This document shows, one piece after another, positions 11,650 to 25,270 of a stretch of DNA of 64,000 bases. Source of the DNA: Neoechinorhynchus agilis. Its lineage: Eukaryota > Animalia > Acanthocephala. The position numbers were made by a program, and so were the translations under genes. A model generated the notes under the pieces. That model worked only from the letters and a program-made list of their open reading frames with translations, ran no database searches and was not told the origin of the DNA. The number at the start of each line of letters is the position of its first letter. Positions within the stretch are counted from its first letter, which is position 1. The DNA lies in the NCBI GenBank assembly GCA_051530055.1, contig CM121342.1:13965480-14029479 (forward strand). Direction: 5' to 3'.

Positions 11650-12640
11650 AATTTAATTATGACGTACCGGCGTTGCCAGTATACTGGCAGCGTTCCCTCG
11701 CTGTATCGCAATTCGTTGAGCGAGGAAATTTCTAGAGCGCGGTTCCCCCGTCATTCTTTTCGTCCCAATTCGTCGAGGAAAGTGAGCGCTGACGGTCCCA
11801 AGGCTCCATGCGTTTCCACGGCAAAAGGGACGAAATGGTAATTCCTTTGGAGCTCTCTATATTTTGAACGCTTTCGTTCCTCAACTACGACCGCTGAACC
11901 TCCAGGGCTCTTTTTAGAAAACTGAAAATTACTGGGGGCAAGCGTGTCCACGCAAGTCGCTTCCCATAAAAGAGGTTTCCCCTCCCGCCATGGAAAAACC
12001 GTGAAACCGCCAGGTCGCTTGCGGTCTAGGCGGCACAAGTTACTTGGCTCTAAAATATTGGGCACGTGAACGGAATCTAGGGCTCTACTCAAAATTGAGT
12101 TCAACTCTGCGTGTCTTGGAAACCACCCTCTGGACATTATACAACAGAGGCCGTGTCTGCCATTGGCTTCAACTATAGATCCGCAGCGACAGCGTTGCAG
12201 GATACAAATATCCTGGCCCAATCTTAAAGAAACTGCGGTTCATCATCATCAGTTTGCTAGTTTGAGCGTCTTTTAATAACTAACAAACTGATCAGTTGAT
12301 GGATTGTCGACTGATTTCTCAACCGCATGTTATTCTTCTCGGTATTCCTTATTTGCTCGCTCGATTAGATGCGACGAACGCTGGAAGGGCTAAATTAGAC
12401 ACTGCGCGGATGCCGAGGCCGCTAAAAGAGGTTGGGAACGTAGCCTGCCGCCAGCCCGTATCCGTAATGTTAATATTTAAAATTTTCTTTAAAAAAGAAC
12501 GTAAAACTCCGTCAAGATCCGATAAAACTCTTTTCTCCCCGAAACACGGAGCAGTTCTCAACTTATACATCAATTTGGGATAGAAGGCTTCGTGCGCCGA
12601 CAGCTCACATGCTCTTGTACATAATAATTCGAGCTACGGT
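11650..12640 (-). mobile_element. 5'-truncated CRE-clade retrotransposon (RT C-terminus, CCHC zinc knuckle, RLE endonuclease)
   Basis: PKLMYKLRT...WRQATFP..GLGIR..LALPAFVAS, then CRCG..GRHGLCC..RH, KRPGG..PW, E.RKRSKY, FVPFAVETHGALG and a frameshifted QRGNA end. Confidence 0.88.
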
Positions 12641-13215
12641 ATGTGGGCCTCGAGGTCGCGAAATCCTTTTTCCACGTTAGACGATCATCGCAGATTTTCG
12701 GCAAGTTGCTCCCGGGGGGGGCTCGAGGTTACAAAATACGAATTTTATCTCTTCGGATTTAAAATTGCAATTTGAACAAAATTAAAATCTTTTTTTCTTA
12801 CGAATCACATTTTTTCGGCATGAACAATTCGATTTTATATCGTGCGGGGAAAAGATACTTTCTTTTTCTTTGTAGTTTTGTCATCACTCGGATTCTAAAA
12901 TTCACTGATCTATGTTTCCGCGATATTTCACCACACGGATAATTGTGACATTTTCCCAAGGTTAATCATTGCTAGGCAGCATTGCTTGCTCAAATATTTG
13001 AAAACTTACAAGCAATTGACTGAAGAAAGCCAACGAAAAAGCCGAAAATTTTCAAGATAAATCTATTTTCTGAATCAAAAATCGCTAATCGAAACCGAAA
13101 CTATAATGAATAATTTATTTACATTGGGAAAATATCGGAATTATTCCAAAAGGTGAAATATCGTGGAAATAAATTAGTGAATTTTTGAAGCCGAGGGGTT
13201 TTATAAGTACTTGTT

Positions 13216-13436
13216 TTATATGGCGTAAAGAAATTAAATGATGATTTTGGTTTTGAAATCCGATTGGTTTCGGAAGTACAATCTTGAACGCCTTTATCAG
13301 GATTTTTTTGCAAGTGTTTATCTAACGTCGTAAACATTTCTAAACAACCTTGATCAAAAGGCGTTCAAGATTGTGCTTCCGAAACCAATCGGATTTTAAA
13401 ACCAAAGTCATCATTTAATTTGTCTACGTCATATAA
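13216..13436. mobile_element. Fold-back/MITE-like element with about 85-bp arms
   Basis: aaattaaatgatgattttggttttgaaatccgattggtttcggaagtacaatcttgaacgccttt is mirrored by aaaggcgttcaagattgtgcttccgaaaccaatcggattttaaaaccaaagtcatcatttaattt. Confidence 0.75.
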
Positions 13437-13817
13437 AATAATCAATATGAGCAATTCAATCTTCAAGTTGTATAACTACCAAAAGAAAATTCTAAATCAT
13501 ATCGCTTAGAATTTCTAATGATGAAAACTCACACTTAATGCTCGACCAGCGACCTTTAGACCGAAAAAGACAATAAAAGTGTTATGTGTGTTGATCCGAT
13601 GTTTTTTGACATGGGGTGATTGATCATTTGAATTCAATGTTTCAACGGTCAATTATACATATTCGTTATTTTTGAGGCTCTTAATATCGATTCCCGTTAT
13701 GAAATTGCCAATTGTATTACTTAGTTTTTGAATTAAGCTCAACTTTTCCTTACAAAAGCACATATCGTAATGACTTTTACGCCAATTGTTTTTGCTAAAT
13801 ATTAGAGGTCAATTCAG

Positions 13818-16800
13818 ATGGAAGAGGAACGCAAAGTCGATTTTAATGAATCATCCGCCGATGATTCGGACTCAGAAGATGTGGAATTCGATACGCGTCC
13901 ACTTTTAAGCGATTCGATCTATGAGAAACTCAATCAAATTCATCCAGATATCTTGAAGAACTATGATATTCTTAAAGACGACTTCGGGCATACTGAACTC
14001 ACTGAAGAGGATGAAAATATCTTGAAAGTTGTAGATCTGGATAGATCGGATTTCAATGTTGTAGATGCGGTCAATCGTTTGTTTCCTGATCCGGAATCTT
14101 TACAAAATATTGACACAATCTTGTCTACCTTGAAAATTGAACTCCTTTCTCTCAACACTCAAACCGATCAGCTATTGTCTGAGTTTTACAAGACTGACTG
14201 TACGTCGTTAACTGAAGCTTTATCAGCATCACATAATTCAATGAATCGCCTTGTTGAAACGTGTGAAACTGTAAGCTCGCAGATCCGTGAAACTGCAAAC
14301 AGTGCAGAATCAGTTACTGCTGACATTAGAAAACTCGATGCAGGGAAGCGTCAATTATCGGAAACACTTGCTCATCTGAATCAATTTGAACAGTTTATTG
14401 AGGGAATCGAGGATATAAAAAAAGGTCTTACTCAAGGTGATCTTCAAAAGGTTGCTTCTACATTATCGAAAACTAATTTTGTTGTCGATACCCTCCGATC
14501 ATTCTCATATTTAAATAGTATAAAAGAAAAGCTGGACGAATATGATGAATTGCTCAACAAAATCCGACAAACTGCCAGAGATGCATTTGAACGGGTATTT
14601 ATTCACAGAACGAAATATGGAATCATATCGGCGAATTGCGGCGACGAAAAGGACGCTGTTTGCAATTTGCTGGATGCAATTGGCGAGGAAACTCAACATG
14701 AAATGACTGATAGATTGATAAATCACATCCTAAAGGAGTATGTAGCACTCTTTGATAAGTCTCAAGAATGCGCTTGGATCGATAAGGTCGAACGACGCTA
14801 TATTTGGCTAAAAAGATCGATAGTGGAACTTAATGAGCGGTGGTATGGAAGTAAAAAGGGTATTCAGCACTTCCCAGAAACGTTTGTGGCTACTGACAAT
14901 TCAATGGAAGTTATTTTTATGCTATTTTTATATCGAGCGTTTATTGAAGTCCAAAGGTAGCAATAAGCAACAGGTTTTTATTTTTTTAAATAGTCCATTA
15001 TTGTTTTGTACTTAATCCATACGGTTTTAAGAACAAGAAACTCTCCCATGTTCAGGATTCGAGTTGTTTTTGATCGTTCTTTTAACTCTTTCTCTACTTT
15101 ATGTGTTTAACAGTTTCCGGGAACAATTTCGTTTCAGATATCAACTTGTGGCTCGTTATTGAGTGCCTTTTATCTTTATCGGTAGTAGTTATCATAAGTA
15201 ATTGCTAAATCATTTGTGCTCAGACGTGATCTCAAAGTGGTTTACATTGAAACTGAAATTGTGAACTTCACTTTGCTCGTTTGACAATCTAACGAACAAT
15301 CAATTTAAGATCAACCGTTGTACATTTAATATTCTGGTATTTGCGGTCGGCATTCTTCGCTATGCGCGATATCTTTAAAGAGAATATAGGAAGATGAAAT
15401 CGAGTGCCGAGGTTGAATTTTTACATGATTTTGTACTCCGATTTCAAATAACAAACTATAATTCAGTAGCCGCAGAGTTTAACTGGCATTTGGCTGAACG
15501 TTTGACGGACAGATTTTGTTGTACAACTGCGAATGAACTTTGCGAGATTATGAAGGAGCGAAGATCTGAGATAAACGTTAAACTTTTAAGACTATTGATT
15601 GAGCGAACAACTGCATTTGAAACTGCCCTGGACAAAACATTCCGCGGTGAATCCCAAGGATTTGTGTTCAGAAATGCGATATCAGGAAAGCTCAGTCAAT
15701 TTTTTGACATTTACGTTCAGTCGATCGATGAAGGCCTCAATGAGCTAATTGACAAATTCTCAAGTGAACTAAGATCGATAACATTCTCTCCTTCGCCTTT
15801 CTACGAATCAGATGAACTCCAAACAGACGACGAGGGGCAATCGACGTCGATATCAGTGATCCCGAGTGCTGCCGATCTATTCATTTTCTATCGGAATTGC
15901 ATTCAGCAAACTGCAAAGTTGGTAAGAATAAACAAAGAAAGTGAATCCAAAAATGGTGATATTCGACTAATGCTAGTGTCAGTTTTTGATAAATATTTGA
16001 ATGATTACCGCAATCGGGTTTTGATTCAAGCTGGAATTGGTGACCTTCTGAAAACGGATAGCACGGCTTCCCGATTCGGCGCGATAAGTGAATCTTTGAA
16101 TGTGTGGAAATGTTAAATGGAACATAGACACTTGTTAAAATTTCCATTCCAAACAATCAACATTTTCTAAAGTATCCGATGACCAGAAAGATTCCGGAAG
16201 TCCGAGTTCAATTATAAAAATTTGTCGCGTTTTGTCAACTTGTGAATACTGCATCGAAATGATCGATCAACTGAAGTTGAAAATTGAGCAGGTTTTTCTC
16301 ATTGGAGACGTCAAGGAGAAATCTTTCGATTATGCAAAACAAGAATTCAATTCCTTGATTGACAAATGCGTCCACAAACTTGCTAATGTTGTTTATCAAG
16401 CTGCATGCGGACAATGGGTTGTGGCTATGAAGAAGATTCATTGGCAAGCTATCGAAAATGTTGGAGACCGAACCACTCATATTGATAATCTCGTTTCACG
16501 GTTACATAACTTTAACGAATGGGTTCTCGAGGCGATTTTGTATTTTATTTGATGTATTAATTGAGCGCGGTTAAGTATTTCGAAATGATATATTCGCAAA
16601 TTGAACTTTTCATCATACATTTGCCTTCCTATTCTTGCTGAATCTCAATTGTCCTGTGGCTATAATCCCCTATTTAGTTATCAACTAAATGCATTGTTCA
16701 ATTCATTTAGCGTTTTAAAAAATCTGACTTCGTGCTTTGTCCCTACTCCTTATATTTCTCCCTTTGCTTACTGTTTAGAGAAAATCAATTTTACTTTTGG

Positions 16801-17402
16801 CAGAATCTAATTCGCCTCCTCCATTAGGAATATCCATGCACCTTGAAAATGTTGAGATTATGTGATGCACTAGACCACCTTTCGCCCTTTTCCTTTTAAT
16901 CGAAGAGAATCCGCCGGATATTCCTTTACTCAGAAGTGAGCTTGACTCCGCTCGCCGTTACTTTACCCAAATCTGTTTGGATCTAACAACCGCCACGCTT
17001 ACGACCTTTACTCAGACAATCGCTACAAATTGCCGCCCGTTGACTCCAGCTGCAGCCGAACAATTGTTGCTGGACGCTCACCATCTAAAAGGTGTTCTTA
17101 TGAACCTGCCGAATTTAGAATCCAATGTTCAACGAAAGTGCCCGATAGAGTTGACGAAATACGTCGAGGAGGAAATGAGCCAGTTGGAAATGACTCTGAA
17201 GATGGTAATGAGCGTTCATGAACCGGCGGATGCGTTTGTTGAGACTTTCCTGTGTCTCATGTCGAAGCGGAATCGATCGAGTTCGTTGTTACAAAGGATC
17301 CTTGACATGAAGGGTGTAAAAAAGACGGAAGCTCAACAAGTGTTAGAGTTGTTCAAAGCGCGAGAAAAGGGTTTCGATTCAGAGAATACATTTGCAGACT
17401 AA
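13818..17402 (+). CDS. VPS53: GARP/EARP complex subunit Vps53, multi-exon (ORF blocks 13818-14960, 15394-16116, 16232-16552, 16977-17402)
   Basis: DFNVVDAVNRLFPDPESLQNID, DIRKLDAGKRQLSETL, CAWIDKVERRYIWLKR, LIERTTAFE, MSTCEYC, WQAIENVGD and AAEQLLLDAHHLK...QRILDMKG match Vps53. Confidence 0.92.
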
Positions 17403-20400
17403 GGAAATCAATCGAATTCGTTCTTACTTTTATGCTGCCGGATCTATTGCTTACACAAAAAATGACTAAAACACCAAGTGGTTATATAAAAACATTTCCT
17501 TTGAAGTAACGATCACAATAGGAAGCAAGTTTAGCTTTTTGTTTAACGTGCTAATTCTGAACCAATCTTTTTGTCGCTCTTTTCCACTTTGAAGGCGGTA
17601 ATGTAGTTGTCAAACTTTCAAATCGAAGATTTAAACAACTTCCTAAATGTCGTTTTATCTAAATTGACACATTAAATATGCAAAAAAAGATTGAACGAAT
17701 TAGCTTCTAGAGAAATGTCATTGAACTAAGCACCCATGTTATATGATCCGATTTGATGATTGCTTAGGTGAACCGACGTAAAAAAATTAAATTGCAAGTA
17801 TTTACAAATTTTTAGCGGTTCATCTTACCAAAGTTGCTATAGAAATTTTAATTGCGACATCCATGGTTTTTATTAGAGAGCTCAATCTCTTGCTTGTCGA
17901 TAGAATGTTTTGTAGCCAGTCTTTCAGTCCTGGATTATCGTCAAATGTTTTCCGTTACTTGTTACAATACTAGCGACGAAGGAAATACTCACGTTAATCG
18001 AAAAAGTGCGTACAAAAATTAAAAAGCAACATGAAACTTTCGTTGAAGATCACCTCGATTACTGCCCTTGTTTTCAAATTCATAAAGAGCTTTTGCAATC
18101 GTATAACTAACAAGATCTTCCGCTCCAGTTTGAGGTACCTGTGGCTCAGATCAATCCCTAGATGGACGGAAGCAGCGCTATAGCCGAAATCTTTAATTTC
18201 AAAAAAACAATACTACAAATGTAAATTGTCCATTCGAGCGATATAGCCGATAGGTTGCTCGAGTTTACATTGATCTTGATCGTATTTACACTCCCTTATG
18301 ATTTGATCGTTAAGATCGATTTTCCAATGAAAAAAGAATTTACGCTCGATTTCAGTTTCCCCCAGGGATGCGATTTAGGCGCGCCTATGCAGCAATCTTC
18401 TATTTAATAATTACAATGGATTTGATTTTAAGAAGAAAATTGAAGCTGCAGGTAAGATTGAATGCAAGTGAGTTCCTAAGACTGAATTAATCTTTTTTGC
18501 AGAGACTGATTTTTCAAACTCCAAGATAATACTTATTTTAACACATTCTGCGATTTGTCAGTACGGATCTAAGGGCACGTAGTCCGACTGGTTTTCAATT
18601 AATGCTTTGCTCCTGATGCTAAATAAATCCTGAGACGTCTTCGAACGAATTATGGAGATTTAGTATTACAACCCATAAGAAGAAGACATTGTCTACATCT
18701 GGCGATCCCTTGGTAAAAATATTGAATAATGTGGAGCACAAAATTACGTGCGTCTTTTTGACAAGCGATGCAGAAGCAATGATTAAAACAAACATCGCTT
18801 CATTAAGTGCAAAAATTTGAAGATATTGGCTAACGCTTTATAGGAAATTTTTATTTTAATAAATGTGATTGAACATAAAAGACCTTTTAAGTTTTTTTAG
18901 AAGATCCGATCTGTATTAAAAATCAGAATTTCACAGAATGCCTTAAATTCGATTATCCATGTCAAATCATCAAGCGAATCCACTTCTACCTCACCGGTGG
19001 AATAATTAATAATTAATGGTGAAAAATAAGAAAGCTCGTCAATATTCACATGTATCCGCTGGAAACATTAATTTTTAATGCTTCACAGAAAACAGTAGAA
19101 GTGCGTTCATTCGCCTCCCTTCAACAACACAAAGCTATCAGAACAAAAGCCACATTTCCCCATAATTCTTTTCGCAACATGTCCCGAGCTTTCTATTAGT
19201 CCTGGTATTTTAATTTATACTTATAGATAATGGTCCCGAATACAAAGAGGTCATTGCTAATGCTTCGATCAAGACAAACCTGCAATTTGCCTGAGACTAA
19301 TACCAAATACGATTGGAGAAAATCCGTCTCCCACTCATTGGTCATTGTATTCTTTAAATTTCCCAAATTTAAATTTTGATGACAGTTTGAAAGACCTAAA
19401 TAATTAACGTACTTCGACGGACATTCGAAACAATGGCATCTACAATCAAATTATGACTTCCTATTGTGATGATCGCGTGTGATCAAAAACGAGTAATAAC
19501 CTCCAACCAATCAACGTCCGCTTTTTTGTCCATAATGACCGTCAGCTGATGCGACTTAAGTGGGCGTTTATTTTAAGTGGTCTTTTTAGGTGTTAAGGAA
19601 AGGTATTCAACCCATCATCTCTGGCTGATAATTACAACAATAATTATCAGGTTTCGTATGCTCAGAATGAACTAGCTAGAGGTTTTATCGGTTTTGTTGC
19701 ACTGATTGCGCAAAGGGTGTGGCCAAATCCAGACATGTAGGTGCTATCTCGCTCCCCAACACTTTCTCATACTCCGACGATAGCAAGATCCACCAATATT
19801 AAATCGAACTTGTAAATTAATTTCTTTTATGAGAATTGAATTTTATGCTGATACTACGTTGCACACTTTGAATCGGGTCAAATTATCAATAGATCGAATT
19901 ACTGTCAAGGGGATAAAATTTAGGCACTGTATACATGCAATTCTTAATATAATTTTTTATAAATTCCCCCGCTTCCCTAGTTTTACTTAAATTAGAAAAA
20001 TCACTAGTCTATGTCTTTGGTGTCCATTTTGGATTTAAACGTGTTTAAAAATCCACTCGAGACTCGTCGAACTATTTTAAGACATTAAACAATTTAAAAT
20101 GTTTTTAGTGTGTCTATATAGGAAAAAAGCCGACAATTTATACAAACTTTTGGTGGTTTCATAAATTACACAGATTTCTTTTTTTGCCTACAAGAAAAAG
20201 GATAATTAATGTCGAAATTAGCAGTCCCATAATCTGCTGTCATTAATTTCCTTAGGTTCCAAAAATACCCACATTTATCAGCGCATTAATTCGAATATTT
20301 CTCAGGCGATGTTCATCTTCCCTCAGGCATAATTTATTTCCTTTGATAAGCTTAGATCTACTTAAGGGCCACTTGAAAAGCATCTTTTCTGCATTTTAAT

Positions 20401-20890
20401 TACATTGGAGGACTAATTTAATTAGCCCTTTCACTTATAAGCATCATGTTCATCAGTTGATCGTATTGAAAACTGCCACTCCAATATTCCAGGTCAATTT
20501 GCTTGGAAGCAGGTGTTTCGAATCCCGTAAATCAATTGTTTTTCTCATTGATTCATGAACGGTTGTGGCCAATCATCACATCTCAGCTGTCATTGGTGGA
20601 AACACGTTTTCGTCTACGTATATAAGACTATATTGAGCACTCATTGATTCAGACGTTCAATCCCACTCTTCACCACCTCCCTATGTGACGGACATAATTT
20701 TTGTCTAGAAATAAGGCGACATTAGTGTGCCAAACTGTCATTAGATTGTCATGGGTCATAGAGATCCGGGATATGGTTGCATTACAGACGCCGCACTCTC
20801 CGCACTGCTTCATCTAACTCAATTTTTAACCGACCCTTTAAACCTTTTAAGAGAATCTCGACTATCGCTATTTAGAACTTTGACGACGAA

Positions 20891-23497
20891 ATGATCAGCC
20901 TACATTTTGTTGTTCTCTTGTTATTATTAAGAATCTTTATTGGAAGTTCTCAAGACGTTTTGGTCAAAACTCGGAACGCAACACTCGCAGACGTGAGCGA
21001 GGACGCCCCAATCGGATCGGAAATACGGAACAAAAGCGCTTGTCGTCACTCTAAATGTGATTTTCACATTAGTGACCTTTATGGAGTTCATCTCAAGCGG
21101 ATGATTGATCTAGACAGGACAACCGGATCCATTAAAGTCAAAAGTCCATTGGATAGGGAATTGTTGATTCGATCTAACATGTGCAATAACGATGATTGTG
21201 TCCTCAAGTTCAATATAATCGACCGATTAAATAATGAGAAGGAAGTGGTGAGGCTTAAGGTGCTGGACGTAAATGATAATCAGCCGGAATTCGAGCAAGA
21301 GACGTATGAAATTCATATATTGGAAAATGCGCCAATTGGATATCGAGAGAGACTGCCTTCTGCAAAGGATATCGACCAAGGCGATAACTCAAAAATCACT
21401 TATTATCTTTTCGATCGCCCAACGGATGCAAATTCAATAAGTCATACATTTTCTTTTTCAAATCTATTCTTCGTTAATCAGGGCAATCCAAGTCTTGAAG
21501 TTATTGGCCCCCTTGACTACGAAATTCAAAAAGAGTACAGGTTCAGGCTTGTAGCGGTCGATAATGGTGCACCCAATCTCCGTTCGGAAATCAACATCAC
21601 AGTGATTATTGATGACGTCAACGACAACAGTCCACAATGTACCTCAGTGAAGCAACAAGTCTTCCTCCGGGAAGATGCCAAAATTGGTGACTTTGTAGGG
21701 ACTGTAAGTGCAAAAGACAACGATTCGCCTAAATACGGAACACTTCATTATTCGATTTTTTCTGTTTCACCCAAGACAGAAGAGCCGCTTTTTGAGATTG
21801 ACCATCAAAACGGTTCCATCTTTCTTATCGGAAAACTAGATTACGAGAAGTCACAAAGATATGATATTGACGTGAAAGTGTCTGAAGTGTCCGGGGGATC
21901 ATTACCTGCTGTGTGTACTCTTGTAGTAACCATCATCGATGTGAACGATAATCCTCCTATCATTGAGATAAGCTTCTTCGATTCGGAACAACTTCCGAAC
22001 GAACGCCAAATAATTAAAGTGAGCGAAGATGTGCCGCTTAATACTCAAATCGGTGAGATGGTAATTCGTGACTCTGATGGAACATCACAAAACTCTCAAT
22101 TTGATGTGGAATTTAAATGTGGCGCGCTTAGAGCAGTAGCCGTCAACAAGGGGGAATATTCAATCGTTACGGAACAATTAGATCGGGAGATGCAATCTTA
22201 CTATGAATGTAGGATTTGTGCGACCGATCGGTATTATCCTTTTTACAATACTACTGTGAAATTCGATGTAATGGTCTTGGACGTCAATGACAATAAACCC
22301 GTTGCTGATTTCCCTAGTCAAATCGATTTCAAAGAGGATACACTAATCGGATCAGTCCTCGTTAGACTCCGTGCAACAGATAAAGATCTATACTCAAATA
22401 TTACTTATTCGCTAACAGAAAAGAATTCTGGGTTCAATTTAACTAAAAGTGGAGTTCTAATGACCACACGCGAGTTCGACAGAGAAAAAAACGATACCTG
22501 CTTTGAGGTTGAAGTCGTAGTGGACGACAACGGTCATCCCCCAATGAGGACAAGCAATCCTCTAAGACTTTGTGTCCTCGATATTAACGACAATAGTCCA
22601 TCGTTTCGTATAAAGTCATATACTTTCAAAGTGAGTGAAAATACACTTCCTGGGACGGTTGTTGGAAAAGTGTCGGCTCGTGATATTGATTCCGGTGACA
22701 ATGGAAGATTGAATTTCAGTTTCTGTTCTCCGTTAAAGAAACGCAAAGACACTCATGGATTCCTACCATTCTCAGTTGATCAAAATGGAACCATCCGGCT
22801 ATCTGAATTTATTGATTACGAAGATATCGCCATGTACGACACCGATGTATGTGTCCGAGATTTCGGTTATCCACGAATCCTTTCAGACAGAGCACGAGTG
22901 CGATTTTTTGTCCAGAATGCTAACGATAACAACCCAAGGTTTTTCTTCAAAAACAATGTTCATTTTGTCAATCGAGATCTGAAACATAAACAACCTTATC
23001 AATTCATAGTTAAAGACATGGATGGCGATCGAGTTGTCGTAGATGCGACTATTTCTGCTCATTTTACAGAAACAATGAGCGTCTCTTTCATACGGAGAGA
23101 AAACAATTCGCATATATTCGAGCTTTTCTTCTCAGAGAAAATTCCTCAGCCTGGATTTTACACGATTAAATTAGAAGCAACGGATATTCCTTCGGTTTTA
23201 GGTGCACCAATGCTCAATTCAACCGCTTATATCATCTTTGCAGTTGGAGACAATACGAGCAATAGGACAAAAATACTTTCTACTGCCAAGGAGCAACTTA
23301 AAGAGTTCACAAAACGAGTGATGGACGATGGATTGGATTCTGGACCGATGAAATATCTACAAAAAATCTTGGTGATATCTACCGGTATTTTTTTGCTGTC
23401 AATTACAACTCTATTTATCACAATGTGCACTCTCAAAATGCGAAAACCTCGCCCGTCCCTCATTGAACCGACAGTTAAACCTACCATTCAAGTATAG
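20891..23497 (+). CDS. Protocadherin-like protein (signal peptide, 6 canonical plus 1 degenerate cadherin repeats, TM, short tail), one large exon
   Basis: Six DxNDNxP linkers with LDRE/LDYE and AxDxD motifs. Hydrophobic N-terminus. TM segment ILVISTGIFLLSITTLFITMCTL. An uninterrupted ectodomain plus TM exon is typical of protocadherins. Confidence 0.9.
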   Translation: MISLHFVVLLLLLRIFIGSSQDVLVKTRNATLADVSEDAPIGSEIRNKSACRHSKCDFHISDLYGVHLKRMIDLDRTTGSIKVKSPLDRELLIRSNMCNNDDCVLKFNIIDRLNNEKEVVRLKVLDVNDNQPEFEQETYEIHILENAPIGYRERLPSAKDIDQGDNSKITYYLFDRPTDANSISHTFSFSNLFFVNQGNPSLEVIGPLDYEIQKEYRFRLVAVDNGAPNLRSEINITVIIDDVNDNSPQCTSVKQQVFLREDAKIGDFVGTVSAKDNDSPKYGTLHYSIFSVSPKTEEPLFEIDHQNGSIFLIGKLDYEKSQRYDIDVKVSEVSGGSLPAVCTLVVTIIDVNDNPPIIEISFFDSEQLPNERQIIKVSEDVPLNTQIGEMVIRDSDGTSQNSQFDVEFKCGALRAVAVNKGEYSIVTEQLDREMQSYYECRICATDRYYPFYNTTVKFDVMVLDVNDNKPVADFPSQIDFKEDTLIGSVLVRLRATDKDLYSNITYSLTEKNSGFNLTKSGVLMTTREFDREKNDTCFEVEVVVDDNGHPPMRTSNPLRLCVLDINDNSPSFRIKSYTFKVSENTLPGTVVGKVSARDIDSGDNGRLNFSFCSPLKKRKDTHGFLPFSVDQNGTIRLSEFIDYEDIAMYDTDVCVRDFGYPRILSDRARVRFFVQNANDNNPRFFFKNNVHFVNRDLKHKQPYQFIVKDMDGDRVVVDATISAHFTETMSVSFIRRENNSHIFELFFSEKIPQPGFYTIKLEATDIPSVLGAPMLNSTAYIIFAVGDNTSNRTKILSTAKEQLKEFTKRVMDDGLDSGPMKYLQKILVISTGIFLLSITTLFITMCTLKMRKPRPSLIEPTVKPTIQV

Positions 23498-25216
23498 ATC
23501 AAACAACGTGTTTATAGATCCGTAAAAAAGTATTGGAGACGTTTATAGACAATCGAATGTGAAGAAAAACGGGTCGAACTTCAAAATGGCTCAACTAGTG
23601 TACGGTCTCAGTGCAATGTAGAACAATTGTTTTTGTAAATAAAAAGCAAATCACATTTTTTCACTGGATTCAGTGTAATTTTTCATCTATTAACAATATC
23701 AAACCTCACGGCACCAAATTTTTAAAATAGTTTGTAAGAAATTAGTACCTAAAAATATCTCTCAAAGAGCATTTCTATTTTCCTAAAGAAGCAATTTTTA
23801 TTTCCATTTTTGCCATTACTGACTTCGTGAATCCGAGTGCTCACGAAGCGCTGAATTATTTACGGAATATTATGAACCTTCAAAGCACTAAATTTTCAAA
23901 ATCTCATGGTTTTCTGTTTATTAAGTAGAAAGGATATAAACGCTTCATACAAAATGTTAAGGTTCTTATAAACAATTGCGTTCTCGCATTAAAATTAACA
24001 ATGAAGACTGGGAAGGATGACAGCATTTATTTCTACATATATTCTCCACAAAACTGCGGCAAGTATTAGCGGTAAATTATTGTTTACACGATTTTTAAAA
24101 TTTAAAACGCATCGTCTAGATATCACCCCAAGCGCATAACAAATCAATTATATCTTAAGTTTAAATGCCTATTAAGTTTTGTTTTTTGATTTGTCTAAAT
24201 ATTAATGCTTTGTGCGAGCGAGCCATGAAATAATTCTGCTATAAAGTGGCAAGTTTGAGTTTTTAACCAGGTTTCAATATTCGACGAGCGCAATGAAGGT
24301 TTTGGCGAAATCATTACGTTGATTTATATCTTGGATAAATCAATACTAATGAATTAAGCATTTAACATTTAAACCGACACATTTTTATATCACCAACGAT
24401 GACTCAAAACATTTAACATAAATAAAGTCTAAGCTTTTTTATGTAAGGTTTTCGACCTATTTGAAATTTGTAACTAATGCAAATGCAATCGCATTGAAGG
24501 AACATCTTTCACCGAATTGTTTTTGACTTCATAGATGTAACTATTTGGTCATTTAACTAAAAAGCGTAGAAAATAGACATTTCGTTTTAGCTGAGCATTT
24601 GATCGTTTTAACTATAATCGCTGCAATCTCATTTACGGCTTAAAATAACCGACTTTTTATTTTCATTTCACATTTGTCCTTATGTTCCAATAAAAAACTG
24701 TGATAATTTAATCGTATTGCCCTTATAATATTCCATGGATTTGAAACTATGATTGGAAAAACCTACAGCCAAAAAATGAATTAATTTGATTCGAATTTTT
24801 GCACTGTTGAAATACAGATAAGATCGAGAATGATTGGCGTCAATGCTAAGGAAATCTCCTGTTGAAAAAGACGCCGTGTAAACTGAGTGTTTCGATCAAT
24901 ATTTTCAACGCCTTTTTTTCTCATAAACTGTTTAGACATTTGCAAATACCTGTAACGAAGTATTTATCCTCTAAAGACGCTCTCGTGCAAGAAATACTAT
25001 GGGGCGAATGAATAAAGGAGCAAAGCTATCAAATTTAAGATTCCTTTGAATACGGCACGTCGAATTGAAAGGAATTCTGTTTTTCGATGAATTATTTTTT
25101 GACATTATAGGTCAGTTACTTTTTGTGCTCTGAGAAATAATTATTAACGTCCTTAAAGAATGGCTAAAGATCGCTTCAGGTCATTCTTTGGTGAGCTTTG
25201 TTTATTTGGTTCTCAA

Positions 25217-25270
25217 GTGTTTATGAGGGCCCAAAGATGTTAATTAACAAATAAACGTGTTATTATTATT
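25217..25270 (+). mobile_element. Isolated 3' tail of the L2-like family
   Basis: gtgtttatgagggcccaaagatgttaattaacaaataaacgtgttattattatt matches the 3' ends at about 4260-4331 and about 62469-62537 (minus strand). Confidence 0.7.

Noticed and set aside
20517-20526. tRNA gene (ttcgaatccc B-box-like)
   Set aside because: No A box, acceptor stem or cloverleaf surrounds it.
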